A stretch of 64,000 nt of DNA, taken from contig OZ253555.1 of assembly GCA_965262725.1 (NCBI GenBank), positions 2,816,001 to 2,880,000 on the forward strand, read 5' to 3'. Numbering within the stretch: position 1 is the stretch's first letter; the number at the start of each line of letters is the position of its first letter. This DNA comes from Dehalococcoidia bacterium. Its GTDB lineage: Bacteria; Chloroflexota; Dehalococcoidia; UBA2979. A program made the translations under genes and the position numbers. The notes below the pieces were generated by a model. It made no database searches. It had not been told where the DNA came from and saw only the letters and a program-made list of their open reading frames with translations. Shown piece by piece: positions 1-9,665 of this stretch.

Positions 1-690
1 CACCTCGTCGGCGTGCGAGTCGAGCGCGTGACCAGCACCCGGCAGGATCACGAGCTGCTTCGGCTCCCGGGCGCGCTCGAAGATGTCATCCGAGGCGGCG
101 CGGTCGAGGACCGTGTCCTCGTCGCCGTGCACGAGCAGGAGCGGCTTGGCCAGCGCATTGACCTGCTCGGTGCCCGCGCGCTGCGGCGCGAGCGCCGCAA
201 CCGCCGCCACGAGCGGCGCGAGGCCGCCTGCGCGGATCGCGACCGCGCCTCCGAACGAGACGCCGACGAGCACGACGCGCGCGGCCCCGATCCCCTTCAG
301 GAAGGAGCAGCCAGCCAGCGCGTCGAGCACGCACTCGACGAGGTTGCCCGGCTCGCGGTACTGGAGGCGCAGCGATGTCACGCCGGCGGTCACAAGCTCG
401 CGCGAGAGCCGCTCGTAGACCCCCTGCGCCGGCCCGCGGACGCCGCCCGAGGCCCCGCCCAGATAGATCGCGCAGCCGTCCCGGCCTTCGCACGGACGAA
501 GCAGCCCCTCGAGGGAACCGCGCGAGGTCTCCAGCAGAACCGCGATCTCCCCGGGCTCGCCGGTCGGGCGGGCGCGCACATGCTTGATGCTAAGTTCGTA
601 CGCCCCCTCGTCGACGCCGCCCGCGTGCGGTCCGCCATTATTCCCGCCGTCACCGTCCCTCGGCGGGCCGCCCGGCGGCCCCCCGCTCAC
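1..690 (-). CDS. alpha/beta hydrolase (dienelactone hydrolase-like), runs off the window edge
   Basis: Manual translation, not in the ORF track: GTG at 690 overlaps the upstream stop (GTGA); motifs VVLVGVSFGG, LLLVHGDEDTVL, LPGAGH. Confidence 0.85.
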   Translation of the reverse strand, partial: MSGGPPGGPPRDGDGGNNGGPHAGGVDEGAYELSIKHVRARPTGEPGEIAVLLETSRGSLEGLLRPCEGRDGCAIYLGGASGGVRGPAQGVYERLSRELVTAGVTSLRLQYREPGNLVECVLDALAGCSFLKGIGAARVVLVGVSFGGAVAIRAGGLAPLVAAVAALAPQRAGTEQVNALAKPLLLVHGDEDTVLDRAASDDIFERAREPKQLVILPGAGHALDSHADEV

Positions 691-1970
691 GGGTTCGCCG
701 TGCGCACCTGCCCGACGGAAGGCGTCCCTGTCGTCGAGACTCGGCGGCGCACGAAGCGCTCGATGCGGTCGAGCGCCTCCGAAAGCTGGTCGTAGGAAGC
801 CGCGTAGCAGATCCGCACGAAGTCGCGGCCGTTCTCACCGAAGGCGATCCCCGGAACGACGGCGACCCGCTCCTCCTCCAGGAGCGCCTCGGCGAAGGCC
901 TGCCCGTCGAGACCGACCGACCGCACATTGGGGAAGGCGTAAAAGGCCCCCCGCGGCTCCACCATCGGCAGGCCGATCTCGGCGATCCGCCGGCAGAGCA
1001 GGCCTCGCCGGCGGTCGTACTCGGCGATCATCCCGCGCACGTCCTCCTCGGCGCTCTGGAAGGCCTCCAGCGCCGCGTACTGGGCGACCGTCGGCGCCGA
1101 CATCATCACGTACTGGTGGATCTTCATGATCGCCTCCAGCAGGTCGGCGCGCGCCGCGACGTAGCCGAGGCGCCAGCCCGTCATCGCGTAGCTCTTGGAG
1201 AAGCCGCCCAAGAGCACGGTGCGCTCGCGCATCCCGGGGAGCGACGCGAAGCAGACATGCTCGACGCCGTAGACGAGGCGATCGTAGAGCTCGTCGGAGA
1301 TCACGAAGAGATCGTGCGCGCGCGCCACCTCGGCGACCGCCTCCAGTGCCTCCCGCGTCATCACCGCCCCGGTCGGGTTCGAGGGATAGGCGAGGAGGAT
1401 CGCCTTGGTCGCCGGCGTAATGCGCTCCCGGAGCGCCTCCGGCGTCAGCATGAAGCCATCCGCCGGCGTTGTCGGCACCGGGACGTAGACGCCGCCGGCC
1501 ATCATGACGACTGGCTGGTACGCCACGTAGCCGGGCTCCGGGACGAGCACCTCGTCGCCGGGGTCGAGCAGCGCCCGCATCGAGACGTCGAGCGCCTCCG
1601 AGACGCCGGTCGTGAACAGGAGCTCCGAGGACGGCTGGTAGTAGACGCCGTAGCGGTGTTCGAGGTGGCGCGAGAGCGCCTCGCGGAGCTCGAGCAACCC
1701 GTAGTTGCTCGTGTAACCGGTGTGGCCCGCGAGCATCGCATCGGCCGCGGCGCGCGTGATCTGCGCCGGCGTCGGAAAGTCCGGCTGCCCGACCGCGAGC
1801 GAGATCAGGTCGGTTGCGCCGTCCAGCAGCTCGAAGAATCGCCGGATTCCCGAGGAGGGCAGCATCGAGAGCGTTTCCGACGTCGCTCCCCGCCGCGCGC
1901 GGTACCCCGCCGGGCTCCCATCTCCGCCCGCCGGCGCCGACTCGGCCGCGCGGCCTCCAGGCTCTCTCAC
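687..1970 (-). CDS. PLP-dependent class I/II aminotransferase (aspartate aminotransferase-like)
   Basis: LAVGQPDF, YPSNPTG, SDELY, FSKSYAMTGWRLG; GTG start overlaps the gatA stop. Confidence 0.93.
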   Translation of the reverse strand: MREPGGRAAESAPAGGDGSPAGYRARRGATSETLSMLPSSGIRRFFELLDGATDLISLAVGQPDFPTPAQITRAAADAMLAGHTGYTSNYGLLELREALSRHLEHRYGVYYQPSSELLFTTGVSEALDVSMRALLDPGDEVLVPEPGYVAYQPVVMMAGGVYVPVPTTPADGFMLTPEALRERITPATKAILLAYPSNPTGAVMTREALEAVAEVARAHDLFVISDELYDRLVYGVEHVCFASLPGMRERTVLLGGFSKSYAMTGWRLGYVAARADLLEAIMKIHQYVMMSAPTVAQYAALEAFQSAEEDVRGMIAEYDRRRGLLCRRIAEIGLPMVEPRGAFYAFPNVRSVGLDGQAFAEALLEEERVAVVPGIAFGENGRDFVRICYAASYDQLSEALDRIERFVRRRVSTTGTPSVGQVRTANP

Positions 1971-3457
1971 GCTGCGCCCCCTGCCGGCTTCGGAAGGGAT
2001 GGCGACCGCTCGTGCCAGTCTGTGATCGCCTGATAGGCGGCGGTCGCGCGCAACAGGGTTCCCTCTTCGAACGGCCGCCCCAGCAGCTGCAATCCGACCG
2101 GCAGGCCCTCGACGAAGCCACAGGGCATCGAGATGGCAGGGTACCCCACGATGTTCGCCGGGATCGTGTAGAGATCCGAGAGGTACATCGCCCACGGATC
2201 GTCCACGCGCTCGCCGAGGCGGAATGCGGGGCCGGGCGTGGTGGGGCTTACGATCAGGTCGTGGTCGGCGAGCGCGCGGTTGAACTCCTCCCGGATCAGC
2301 GTCCGCACGCGCTGCGCCTTCAGGTAGTAGGCGTCGTAGTATCCGGCGGAAAGAGCGTAGGTTCCGAGCATGATGCGCCGCTTCACCTCCGGGCCAAAGC
2401 CCGCGCCACGCGTGCGCTCCATCTCATCCCAGAGACCCGGACCGTCCGTGTCACCCAACCCGTACTTCACCCCATCGTAGCGCGCGAGGTTCGCTGAGGC
2501 CTCCGCCGGCGCGATCAGGTAGTAGGCGGGAAGCGCCGCCGGCGCGAGGGGGAGATCCACGCCGCGAACGAGGCGAGCACCGTTAGCCGCCAGCAGATCG
2601 AGCGCCGCCTCCACCGCTGCGGCAACGCCATCCTCCGCTCCCTCGAAGAAGGCGTCGGGAACGGCGACGGAGAGGCCGTCGAGCCCGCGCCCGAGCTCGG
2701 GGAGGTAGTCGGGAACCGGTTCGGGCGCCGTCGTCGAATCACGCGCGTCGAGACCGGCGATAGCGGAGAGGAGGTTCGCCACGTCCTCGGCGTCGCGTCC
2801 GAAGGGGCCAACCTGCTCGAGTGAGGAGGCGAAGGCCACGACGCCGTAGCGGGAGACGCGGCCGTAGGTCGGCTTCAGCCCGACGATACCGGTGAGCGCG
2901 GCCGGCTGCCGAATGGAGCCGCCGGTGTCGGTGCCGAGCGCGATCGGGACGCCACGCGCCGCCACGGTCGCCGCCGAGCCGCCGGAAGAGCCCCCGGGAA
3001 CGCGATCCAGGTCCCACGGGTTACGGGTGGCGCCGTAGGCGGAGTGCTCGGTGGAGGACCCCATCGCGAATTCGTCGAGATTGGCCTTTCCGACCAGGAC
3101 GGCGCCCGCGCTGCGCAGCCGGGCGGCGACCGTCGCGTCCTCTGCGGGGACGTAGCCCTCAAGGATGCGCGAGGCCGCGGTGGTCGGCACGCCCCGGGTC
3201 GCGATCAGGTCCTTGAGCGCGACGGGAATGCCGGTGAGCGGCCCCGCGTCGCCCTCGCGCAGCAAGTCGTCGGCGGCGGCGGCATCGGCGAGCGCCCGCT
3301 CGTCCTCGATCGTGATGTAGGCGTGGATCGCCGCTTCTTGCTCCCGGAGCCGGTCGAGGGTCGCGGCCGCGAGCTCGACGGCAGTGTACTCGCCCGATCG
3401 CAGGGCGCGCGCGTGCTCGTGTGCGGTGCGATCGAGGCCGACGGCCGCCGCGCTCAT
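1967..3457 (-). CDS. gatA: Asp-tRNA(Asn)/Glu-tRNA(Gln) amidotransferase subunit A
   Basis: DEFAMGSSTE, PGGSSGGSAA, GTDTGGSIRQPA, EVKRRIMLGTYALSAGYYDAYY; next to gatC. Confidence 0.97.
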   Translation of the reverse strand: MSAAAVGLDRTAHEHARALRSGEYTAVELAAATLDRLREQEAAIHAYITIEDERALADAAAADDLLREGDAGPLTGIPVALKDLIATRGVPTTAASRILEGYVPAEDATVAARLRSAGAVLVGKANLDEFAMGSSTEHSAYGATRNPWDLDRVPGGSSGGSAATVAARGVPIALGTDTGGSIRQPAALTGIVGLKPTYGRVSRYGVVAFASSLEQVGPFGRDAEDVANLLSAIAGLDARDSTTAPEPVPDYLPELGRGLDGLSVAVPDAFFEGAEDGVAAAVEAALDLLAANGARLVRGVDLPLAPAALPAYYLIAPAEASANLARYDGVKYGLGDTDGPGLWDEMERTRGAGFGPEVKRRIMLGTYALSAGYYDAYYLKAQRVRTLIREEFNRALADHDLIVSPTTPGPAFRLGERVDDPWAMYLSDLYTIPANIVGYPAISMPCGFVEGLPVGLQLLGRPFEEGTLLRATAAYQAITDWHERSPSLPKPAGGAA

Positions 3458-3494
3458 CCGAGACGTCCCCGCCGCGGTCCCGCACTCGGCGGCC

Positions 3495-3788
3495 TCATTC
3501 GGCCTCAAGCACGGGGCGCACGCGCAGGTAGGGGCCCTCACGGCGCGGCGCGCGGGAGAGCACGTCCTCGGGAGCCAGAGACGGCCCCACAGCGTCATCG
3601 CGCTCGACGTTGGTGAGGGCACCCACGTGCGCCGTCGGCGGCACACCGTCGGTGTCGATCTCGGCGAGAACGCGGAAATGATCGAGGCACGCCGAGAGGT
3701 CGGAGCGCAGCCGTTCGACCTCGTTGTCGTCCAGCGAGATGCGGGCGAGACGCGCCAGGCGCCGGACGTCCCCGGCCGCGAGCACCAT
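3495..3788 (-). CDS. gatC: amidotransferase subunit C
   Basis: DVRRLARLARI...IDTDGVPPTAH...APRREG...VRPVL; 97 aa, upstream of gatA. Confidence 0.95.
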   Translation of the reverse strand: MVLAAGDVRRLARLARISLDDNEVERLRSDLSACLDHFRVLAEIDTDGVPPTAHVGALTNVERDDAVGPSLAPEDVLSRAPRREGPYLRVRPVLEAE

Positions 3789-4076
3789 CAGGCCATCCCG
3801 TTCACAGCCCGCCGCGCGCAGGGCCGCGACCCTCGGCGCCGCTCCCGTGGGGGTCGCCGCACGGAGGCGTTATGATAGAGGGCGTCCCTCCCCCACGCCA
3901 GCACGCCCGGTGCCGCTCACCCACCCGGCGCGGGCGAGTGGCGGAGGCGCATCCTCCGGGATGCGGTCGATCTCGGGCGGCGGAGTAACGCGCCGGCGCG
4001 CGGAGGAGGCTCTGCTATCCGGGCGAGCGATCCCACGGCCCCACGCACCCCGGCGGCCGACCGGAGCCACGGCTCG

Positions 4077-4940
4077 GTGTCGGCGACGGCCCGGGGAGCG
4101 CACCCTGACCATCGCGCGGCGTCCGCCCCCACCGACGACGCGGCACGACTTGGCAATCCCTCCTTCGTCTGGCGCTTCGGGCAGGAGCGGCGGCTCGCGA
4201 TAGTCTCCCGGTTCGTGGCGCTGCGCGGGGCGCTCGTGCTGGACCTCGGCTGCGGCGTCGGCGAGTACGTGCGGGCGTTCGCGCGGGAGGGCGCGCGCGC
4301 GGTCGGTCTCGACATCGCGCCGGAGCGCCTCGCCGAGGCCCGGCGCCGCCTGCTGACGGCACGCGCCGGAGGCGAGGACTCGGCACCCCCTGCCCGCGCC
4401 GTCGCGGGCTTCGTCGCCGCGGCCGCCGAGACGCTTCCGCTCCGCGACGGCTGCCTCGACGCCGTCGTGCTCAACGAGGTCATCGAGCACGTCGCCGATG
4501 ACGCCGCGACGCTCCGCGAGGTCGCGCGGGTGCTGAAGCCAGGCGGTGCCTGCGTGGTCTTCGCCCCCAACCGCCTCTACCCGTTCGAGACCCACGGGGT
4601 GTATCTCGGCCGGCGCTACATCTTCGGGAACATCCCGTTCGTCAACTGGCTGCCCGGGGTGCTCAGGTCGCGTCTCGTGCCGCACGCCCGCGCGTACCGG
4701 CACGGCGATTGGACGCCTCTGGCCCGGTCGGCGAGTCTCGACATCGTCCATCACGGCTATGTCTATCCGGGATTCGACAACGTCGCGGCGCGGTGGCCGC
4801 GCGTCGCGCGCGCCTTGCGCGCCGTCTGCTACCGGGCCGAGTGGACGCCGGCGGCCCGACTCGGCCTCTCGCACCTCGTGGTCCTGCGCCGCCGTGACGA
4901 CCCGAGCAATACTGCGCGCCGCGGCGGGGGCGAGCTGTGA
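4077..4940 (+). CDS. class I SAM-dependent methyltransferase
   Basis: VLDLGCGVG, GLDI, LPLRDGCLDAV, EVIEHV, RVLKPGG, PNRLYPFETH; start uncertain. Confidence 0.9.
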   Translation: MSATARGAHPDHRAASAPTDDAARLGNPSFVWRFGQERRLAIVSRFVALRGALVLDLGCGVGEYVRAFAREGARAVGLDIAPERLAEARRRLLTARAGGEDSAPPARAVAGFVAAAAETLPLRDGCLDAVVLNEVIEHVADDAATLREVARVLKPGGACVVFAPNRLYPFETHGVYLGRRYIFGNIPFVNWLPGVLRSRLVPHARAYRHGDWTPLARSASLDIVHHGYVYPGFDNVAARWPRVARALRAVCYRAEWTPAARLGLSHLVVLRRRDDPSNTARRGGGEL

Positions 4941-7900
4941 CGTCGGCGCGCCTCGCGCGGAAGCGGCGGATGAGGAGGAACGGCGGCGCAGCGGCCGCCG
5001 GGGATGGTGGAGGCCGCGGCCGGCACCTGCGCTGGCTGCTCGTGGCGGCACTCTCCGTCGCGGTCTTTCTCGTGCTCACGCTCGCCGGCGTGAGCGGCGC
5101 CGCCGTCTACGGCATCAGCCAGTACGACGAAATCGCCGACTCGGTCGTTCCCCCGGCGCAGCTGCTCGACCAGCTGCCCCGTGGCGGCGCCCGCATCTAC
5201 GACCGAAACGGCGTGCTGCTCTACGAGTTCGTCGACGAGCTCTCCGGCCTCCGGCGTCCCGTCCCACTCGCCGAGATCTCGCCGTGGCTCGTGCAGGCGA
5301 CGATCGCGACGGAGGACCGGAATTTCTTCGACAACAACGGGCTCAACGTGCGCGGCCTCGCGCGCGCCGCGGTCGAGAACTTCACGCCGTTCGGCGACGA
5401 GTTCCTCCAGGGCTCGGGAGGCTCCTCGATCACCCAGCAGCTCGCGAAGAACATCTACATCCCCCGTGAGGAGCGCGCCGAGCGATCCGTCGACCGCAAG
5501 GTCAAGGAGACGGTGATCGCGCTCGAGCTCACGCGCCAGTACGAGAAGGGACAGATCCTCGAGTGGTACCTGAACTCGATCTCGTACGGTGGCATCTACG
5601 TCGGGATCGAGGCGGCGGCCGAGGGCTACTTCGGCAAGCCAGCGTCGGACCTCACGCTGCCGGAGGCGGCCCTCCTGGCCGGCATACCGCAGTCGCCGGC
5701 ACGCTTTGATCCCATCAACAACCTCCCGCTCGCCAAGATCCGGCAACGAGACGTGTTGGACTTGATGGTGCGCTCCGGCGCGATCACCGGGGAGCAGGCC
5801 GAGGCCGCAGCGGAGGCGGAGTTCGTCTTCAAGGCGAACCGCTTCGACATCGAGGCGCCGCACTTCGTGCTGGGCCGCATCGCGCAGGAGGTCGAGGAGC
5901 GTTTCGGCCCGCGCGCACTGTACGAGGAGGGGCTGGAGGTCGTCACCACGCTCGACCTCACGCTACAGCACGAGGGGGAGCGCACCGTCGAACGCTGGGT
6001 GAGCGCGTTCGAGGAGCAGTCCGACGGCCACAACGGCGCGCTCTTCGCACTCGACCCGGCGAACGGCCAGATCCTCGTCTACGTCGGGAGCCGCGACTAC
6101 TTCCGCGACGACATTGAGGGTCGTAACGACAACATCATCGCCCAGAACTCGCCGGGATCGACGCTCAAGCCGTTCACCTACATGACGGCGTTCATGAAGG
6201 GGTGGAACACAGGCACGGGCATCATCGACCAACCCGTGACCATCCCCGACCCGGCGACCGGCGAGGACTTCGTGCCGAGCAACCCGGGTGGGCGCTTCCG
6301 CGGGATCCTCCCCGCCAGGGAGGCGCTCGGGAACTCCCTGAACATTCCCGCCATCAAGACAATCCTCTTCGCCGGCGTCGCCGAGACCGTCGACCTCCTC
6401 AAGCAGGTCGGCTTCACCACGCTCGACAACCCGCTCGGCTACGGCCCCGCGCTCACCCTGGGCGGAGTCGACATCACGCTCCACGACATCACCTACGCCT
6501 ACAGCGTGCTCGCCAACCAGGGACTGATGCGCGGGCAGGAGAGACGGACCGAGCCCGAGCCCGGAACGCGCCCGCTCGAGCCGGTCGCGCTCCTGCGCGT
6601 CGCCGACGCAGACGGTCGCGTGCTCTACCAGTTCATCGAGCCGACGACGCGTCGCGTCGTGCCGTCGAACTTCACCTACCTGGTGACGAGCATCATCTCG
6701 GACGGCGACAACCAGTGCCTCCTCTTCGGCTGCGACGCCCTCACCCTGCAGGGGCGGCCCTCGGCCCAGAAGACCGGCACCTCCGAGCCTTTCGAGGACT
6801 CGAACGCGATCGGCGACACATGGGCCATCGGCTACACGCCGGAACTCGTGTCGGGCGTGTGGGCGGGGAACTCCGACAACTCGCCCATGTTCGACATCCT
6901 CAGCACCTCGATCTCCTGGCGGAGCTGGCGCGACTTCATGAACTTCGCGCACGAGGAGCTAGAGCTCCCGCCCACAAAGTTCGTGCGCCCGCCCGGCGTG
7001 GAGAGCCGGGAGCTCTGCTGGCCCTCGGGCCGCCTCCCCTCGGAGACCTGCCCCCGCGTGAACCGCTACACAGGACTCTTCGCCACGGACGTGCTGCCCC
7101 GCAACGAGGTGGGGCGCGCGGCTATGGAGGACACGTGGTGGCAGCCCGTCCTGATCGACACGCGCACGGGGCTCGCCGGCGGTGCCGACACGCCCTCCGC
7201 CTTCCTCGTCGAGGAGGTGCGGCTTGTGCTCCCGCCAGACGAGATCGAGGAGTGGGACGACCTCCCCGATTGGGCGGCCGCGCACGGCATCAGCGGGCTT
7301 CTCGCCCCGCCGGCGGCGACCGACGAGGCGTTCCCACTGGTCTCCGTGACGTCGCCTCTGGCGACGCAGACCGTGTCGCGAACGCTCACCATTCGCGGCC
7401 AGGCCGATTCGCCGGACTTCGAGCGGCTCGTCGTGGAGTGGGGTCGCGGCACGAGCCCGGACGTCTGGGTACGGCTCCGCGCCTCCGACCGGCCGGTCGT
7501 GGACGGGATCCTGGCGAACTGGGACACCACCACCGTGCCGAACGGTCCCTACACGCTGCGCGTCGTCGTCATCGACCAGAGGCTCGGCCGGCTCCGCTTC
7601 GCCGTGCCGGTCACCATCGACAACGGCGACGCTGGAGCAGGGTCCGACGAGGCGCCGTGGGCGGCGATCAGCTGGCCGGGAGAGGGCGCGGTCGTCTCGG
7701 GCGCCTTCGTCGTGACCGGGAGCGTCATCACCGGCGACCTCCTCGACGCCCGTCTCGAAGTCGGCCGGGGCCGCGTCCCCTCGAGATGGGTCGAGGTAGG
7801 ACGCATCGGCCAGGCGCAGGTCTCGGCCGCGATCGGTCGCTGGGACACGGCCGAGTTCGAGAACGGCACGTACACACTGCGCCTCACCGTGCGCGACCGC

Positions 7901-7981
7901 CGGCTCGGCCTCACCGAGGTCACGACGACGGTCGTGGTGAACAACGAGCCCGACGAGCCGGATACACCCGGCGGCGAGTAG
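4937..7981 (+). CDS. class A penicillin-binding protein (transglycosylase + transpeptidase) with two C-terminal Ig-like repeats
   Basis: N-terminal TM; TEDRNF, GSSITQQLAKN, RKVKE, ILEWYLN; SxxK (STLK), SxN (SLN), KTGT. Confidence 0.95.
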   Translation: MTSARLARKRRMRRNGGAAAAGDGGGRGRHLRWLLVAALSVAVFLVLTLAGVSGAAVYGISQYDEIADSVVPPAQLLDQLPRGGARIYDRNGVLLYEFVDELSGLRRPVPLAEISPWLVQATIATEDRNFFDNNGLNVRGLARAAVENFTPFGDEFLQGSGGSSITQQLAKNIYIPREERAERSVDRKVKETVIALELTRQYEKGQILEWYLNSISYGGIYVGIEAAAEGYFGKPASDLTLPEAALLAGIPQSPARFDPINNLPLAKIRQRDVLDLMVRSGAITGEQAEAAAEAEFVFKANRFDIEAPHFVLGRIAQEVEERFGPRALYEEGLEVVTTLDLTLQHEGERTVERWVSAFEEQSDGHNGALFALDPANGQILVYVGSRDYFRDDIEGRNDNIIAQNSPGSTLKPFTYMTAFMKGWNTGTGIIDQPVTIPDPATGEDFVPSNPGGRFRGILPAREALGNSLNIPAIKTILFAGVAETVDLLKQVGFTTLDNPLGYGPALTLGGVDITLHDITYAYSVLANQGLMRGQERRTEPEPGTRPLEPVALLRVADADGRVLYQFIEPTTRRVVPSNFTYLVTSIISDGDNQCLLFGCDALTLQGRPSAQKTGTSEPFEDSNAIGDTWAIGYTPELVSGVWAGNSDNSPMFDILSTSISWRSWRDFMNFAHEELELPPTKFVRPPGVESRELCWPSGRLPSETCPRVNRYTGLFATDVLPRNEVGRAAMEDTWWQPVLIDTRTGLAGGADTPSAFLVEEVRLVLPPDEIEEWDDLPDWAAAHGISGLLAPPAATDEAFPLVSVTSPLATQTVSRTLTIRGQADSPDFERLVVEWGRGTSPDVWVRLRASDRPVVDGILANWDTTTVPNGPYTLRVVVIDQRLGRLRFAVPVTIDNGDAGAGSDEAPWAAISWPGEGAVVSGAFVVTGSVITGDLLDARLEVGRGRVPSRWVEVGRIGQAQVSAAIGRWDTAEFENGTYTLRLTVRDRRLGLTEVTTTVVVNNEPDEPDTPGGE

Positions 7982-7987
7982 GGGGCC

Positions 7988-8665
7988 TCAGGACGCCGGG
8001 CTGCGGACGTTGTGGATCGCGCTGAAGAAGCGCTCCATCTCGTCGAGCTCCCCGGCGAGCACGAGCACGTCGCGGGGCCGCAGCCGTTCCCCGCGATCGG
8101 GGTAGAGGATCACGCGCGATCCGCGCGCGAGGAGCAGGAGCGTGACGCCGTCGGGGCGGTTCCCGATGACGTCGCCGAGCTCCTGACCGACGATCTCCTG
8201 CGGAACCTGTACACGGCTCACCGTGTACCCCTCGACGACGTCGAGGGAGTCGGTGATGTCGGACGAAGACCAGCTGTGAGCGAGGCGCAGCCCGGTGTCG
8301 CGCTCGGGGTAGATCACGCGATCGGCGCCGACGCGGGTGAGGATCTCACCGTGGAGGTCGCTACGCGCCTTCGCGATCACGCGCTCGATGCCGAAACGCT
8401 TCAGCAGCAACGTGACCAGGATGCTGGTCTCGATGTGGCCCGTGATGGCGACCACTGCCGACTCGCAGTCGGCGACGCCGAGGCGCGCCAGCGCCTGCTC
8501 GTCGGTGGCGTCGGTCTGGACGACGTGGGTGACCCGCGGCGCGAGGCGCTGGACGACCGCCAGATCGGAGTCAATGCCCAACACATCGTGGCCGGCGGCT
8601 GCCAGTTCCTCGGCGACCGCCGAGCCGAAGCGCCCGAGACCGATGACGGCCACGTGCTGCTTCAT
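7988..8665 (-). CDS. ktrA: TrkA/KtrA family K+ uptake regulatory (RCK) subunit
   Basis: VAVIGLGRFG, DATDEQAL, GADRVIYPERDTG. Confidence 0.88.
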   Translation of the reverse strand: MKQHVAVIGLGRFGSAVAEELAAAGHDVLGIDSDLAVVQRLAPRVTHVVQTDATDEQALARLGVADCESAVVAITGHIETSILVTLLLKRFGIERVIAKARSDLHGEILTRVGADRVIYPERDTGLRLAHSWSSSDITDSLDVVEGYTVSRVQVPQEIVGQELGDVIGNRPDGVTLLLLARGSRVILYPDRGERLRPRDVLVLAGELDEMERFFSAIHNVRSPAS

Positions 8666-8861
8666 TGCCGCGCCTCCCGTCCCGCGTCGTGTTCGACCAT
8701 TCTCGAACGCACCCTCTCCGCGATCCAGCAGCGCCGGAGGAAGGCGCATCCTCGCCGATGGGCGTGAGCGACGGTCGGAGGTGTCAGCTCCACACTTCCC
8801 GACCCATCAACTCCGGCATTCCGGGTGGTACGGGCGGATCTGTGGCGCCGGACTCCGGACC

Positions 8862-9647
8862 TCACCGCGACGAGCGCCCGACCGTGAAAGCGGAGACCCA
8901 GGCGGGGAAGAAGCCGACCGACTGGGCCGTGCGCCGCGAGGCGACATTGTCGGGCGGAGACCCGTAGTACGGAACCCGTCCCATCTGAAGGACGGCCTCT
9001 GTCACCCGGGACGTCAGGACCCTGCCCAGTCCTTTCCCTCTGTGCCCCACCTTCACGTCTACTCCCAGCTGCCACAGGACATCCGAGTCTGCGGTGGCCG
9101 CAACGACTCCGGCAACCGCATCGCGGCGGACCGCGACCGCAGCCACGGCGACGTGCCGGCCCTGGGCGGAGGCCCGCGCCGATATCGCATTGGGCCAGTC
9201 GGCGTCGACAAGTGATGCCAGCAACTCCGCGCCGCCCACATCGACGGTGTACCCCTCCGGCGTCTCGTGCGCGCGCCAATCCCGGCTCGAGGCGACGCTG
9301 TAGAGGACCGGTCCATGCAGCGAGTAGGAGTAGCGCGACGCCTGCCACGACGCCGCGCCGAGGAGCCCCGGGCTGAACACGGCACCGGGGCCGGCCTCCC
9401 GGAACACCTCCGCCACCCACGGCATCCATGACGGCGTCGCGGAGACGACGGCGCCGGCGCCCGTCGTCGTGATCGCCAGACTGTGCTCGGGACGCGGAAA
9501 CCGCCTCCGCCATCGATCGCCGCCCTGATTCGGCGAGACCTCCGATAGGCGCACGCCACCGGCAGTGAAGTCCCCGGGCTGGCAGCACGCTTCCGCTGCC
9601 AGCGCCGACAGCACGACGTCGAGGGCGTGCGACCGACTGAGAGCCAA
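8862..9647 (-). CDS. GNAT family N-acetyltransferase
   Basis: C-terminal WQLGVDV..HRGKGLG and N.ASRRTAQSVGF; start uncertain. Confidence 0.8.
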   Translation of the reverse strand: MALSRSHALDVVLSALAAEACCQPGDFTAGGVRLSEVSPNQGGDRWRRRFPRPEHSLAITTTGAGAVVSATPSWMPWVAEVFREAGPGAVFSPGLLGAASWQASRYSYSLHGPVLYSVASSRDWRAHETPEGYTVDVGGAELLASLVDADWPNAISARASAQGRHVAVAAVAVRRDAVAGVVAATADSDVLWQLGVDVKVGHRGKGLGRVLTSRVTEAVLQMGRVPYYGSPPDNVASRRTAQSVGFFPAWVSAFTVGRSSR

Positions 9648-9665
9648 CGACCCACCTCCCGCCTG

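Noticed and set aside
8666-8860. Hairpins and a GTTCGA-N6-TCGAAC repeat upstream of ktrA as a c-di-AMP (ydaO) riboswitch or LexA box
   Set aside because: ydaO consensus blocks were not found, and the repeat is not GAAC-N4-GTTC; hairpins are expected at this GC
8862-9647. GNAT gene as a horizontally acquired island
   Set aside because: Only a mild GC dip by eye, with no flanking repeats or mobility genes
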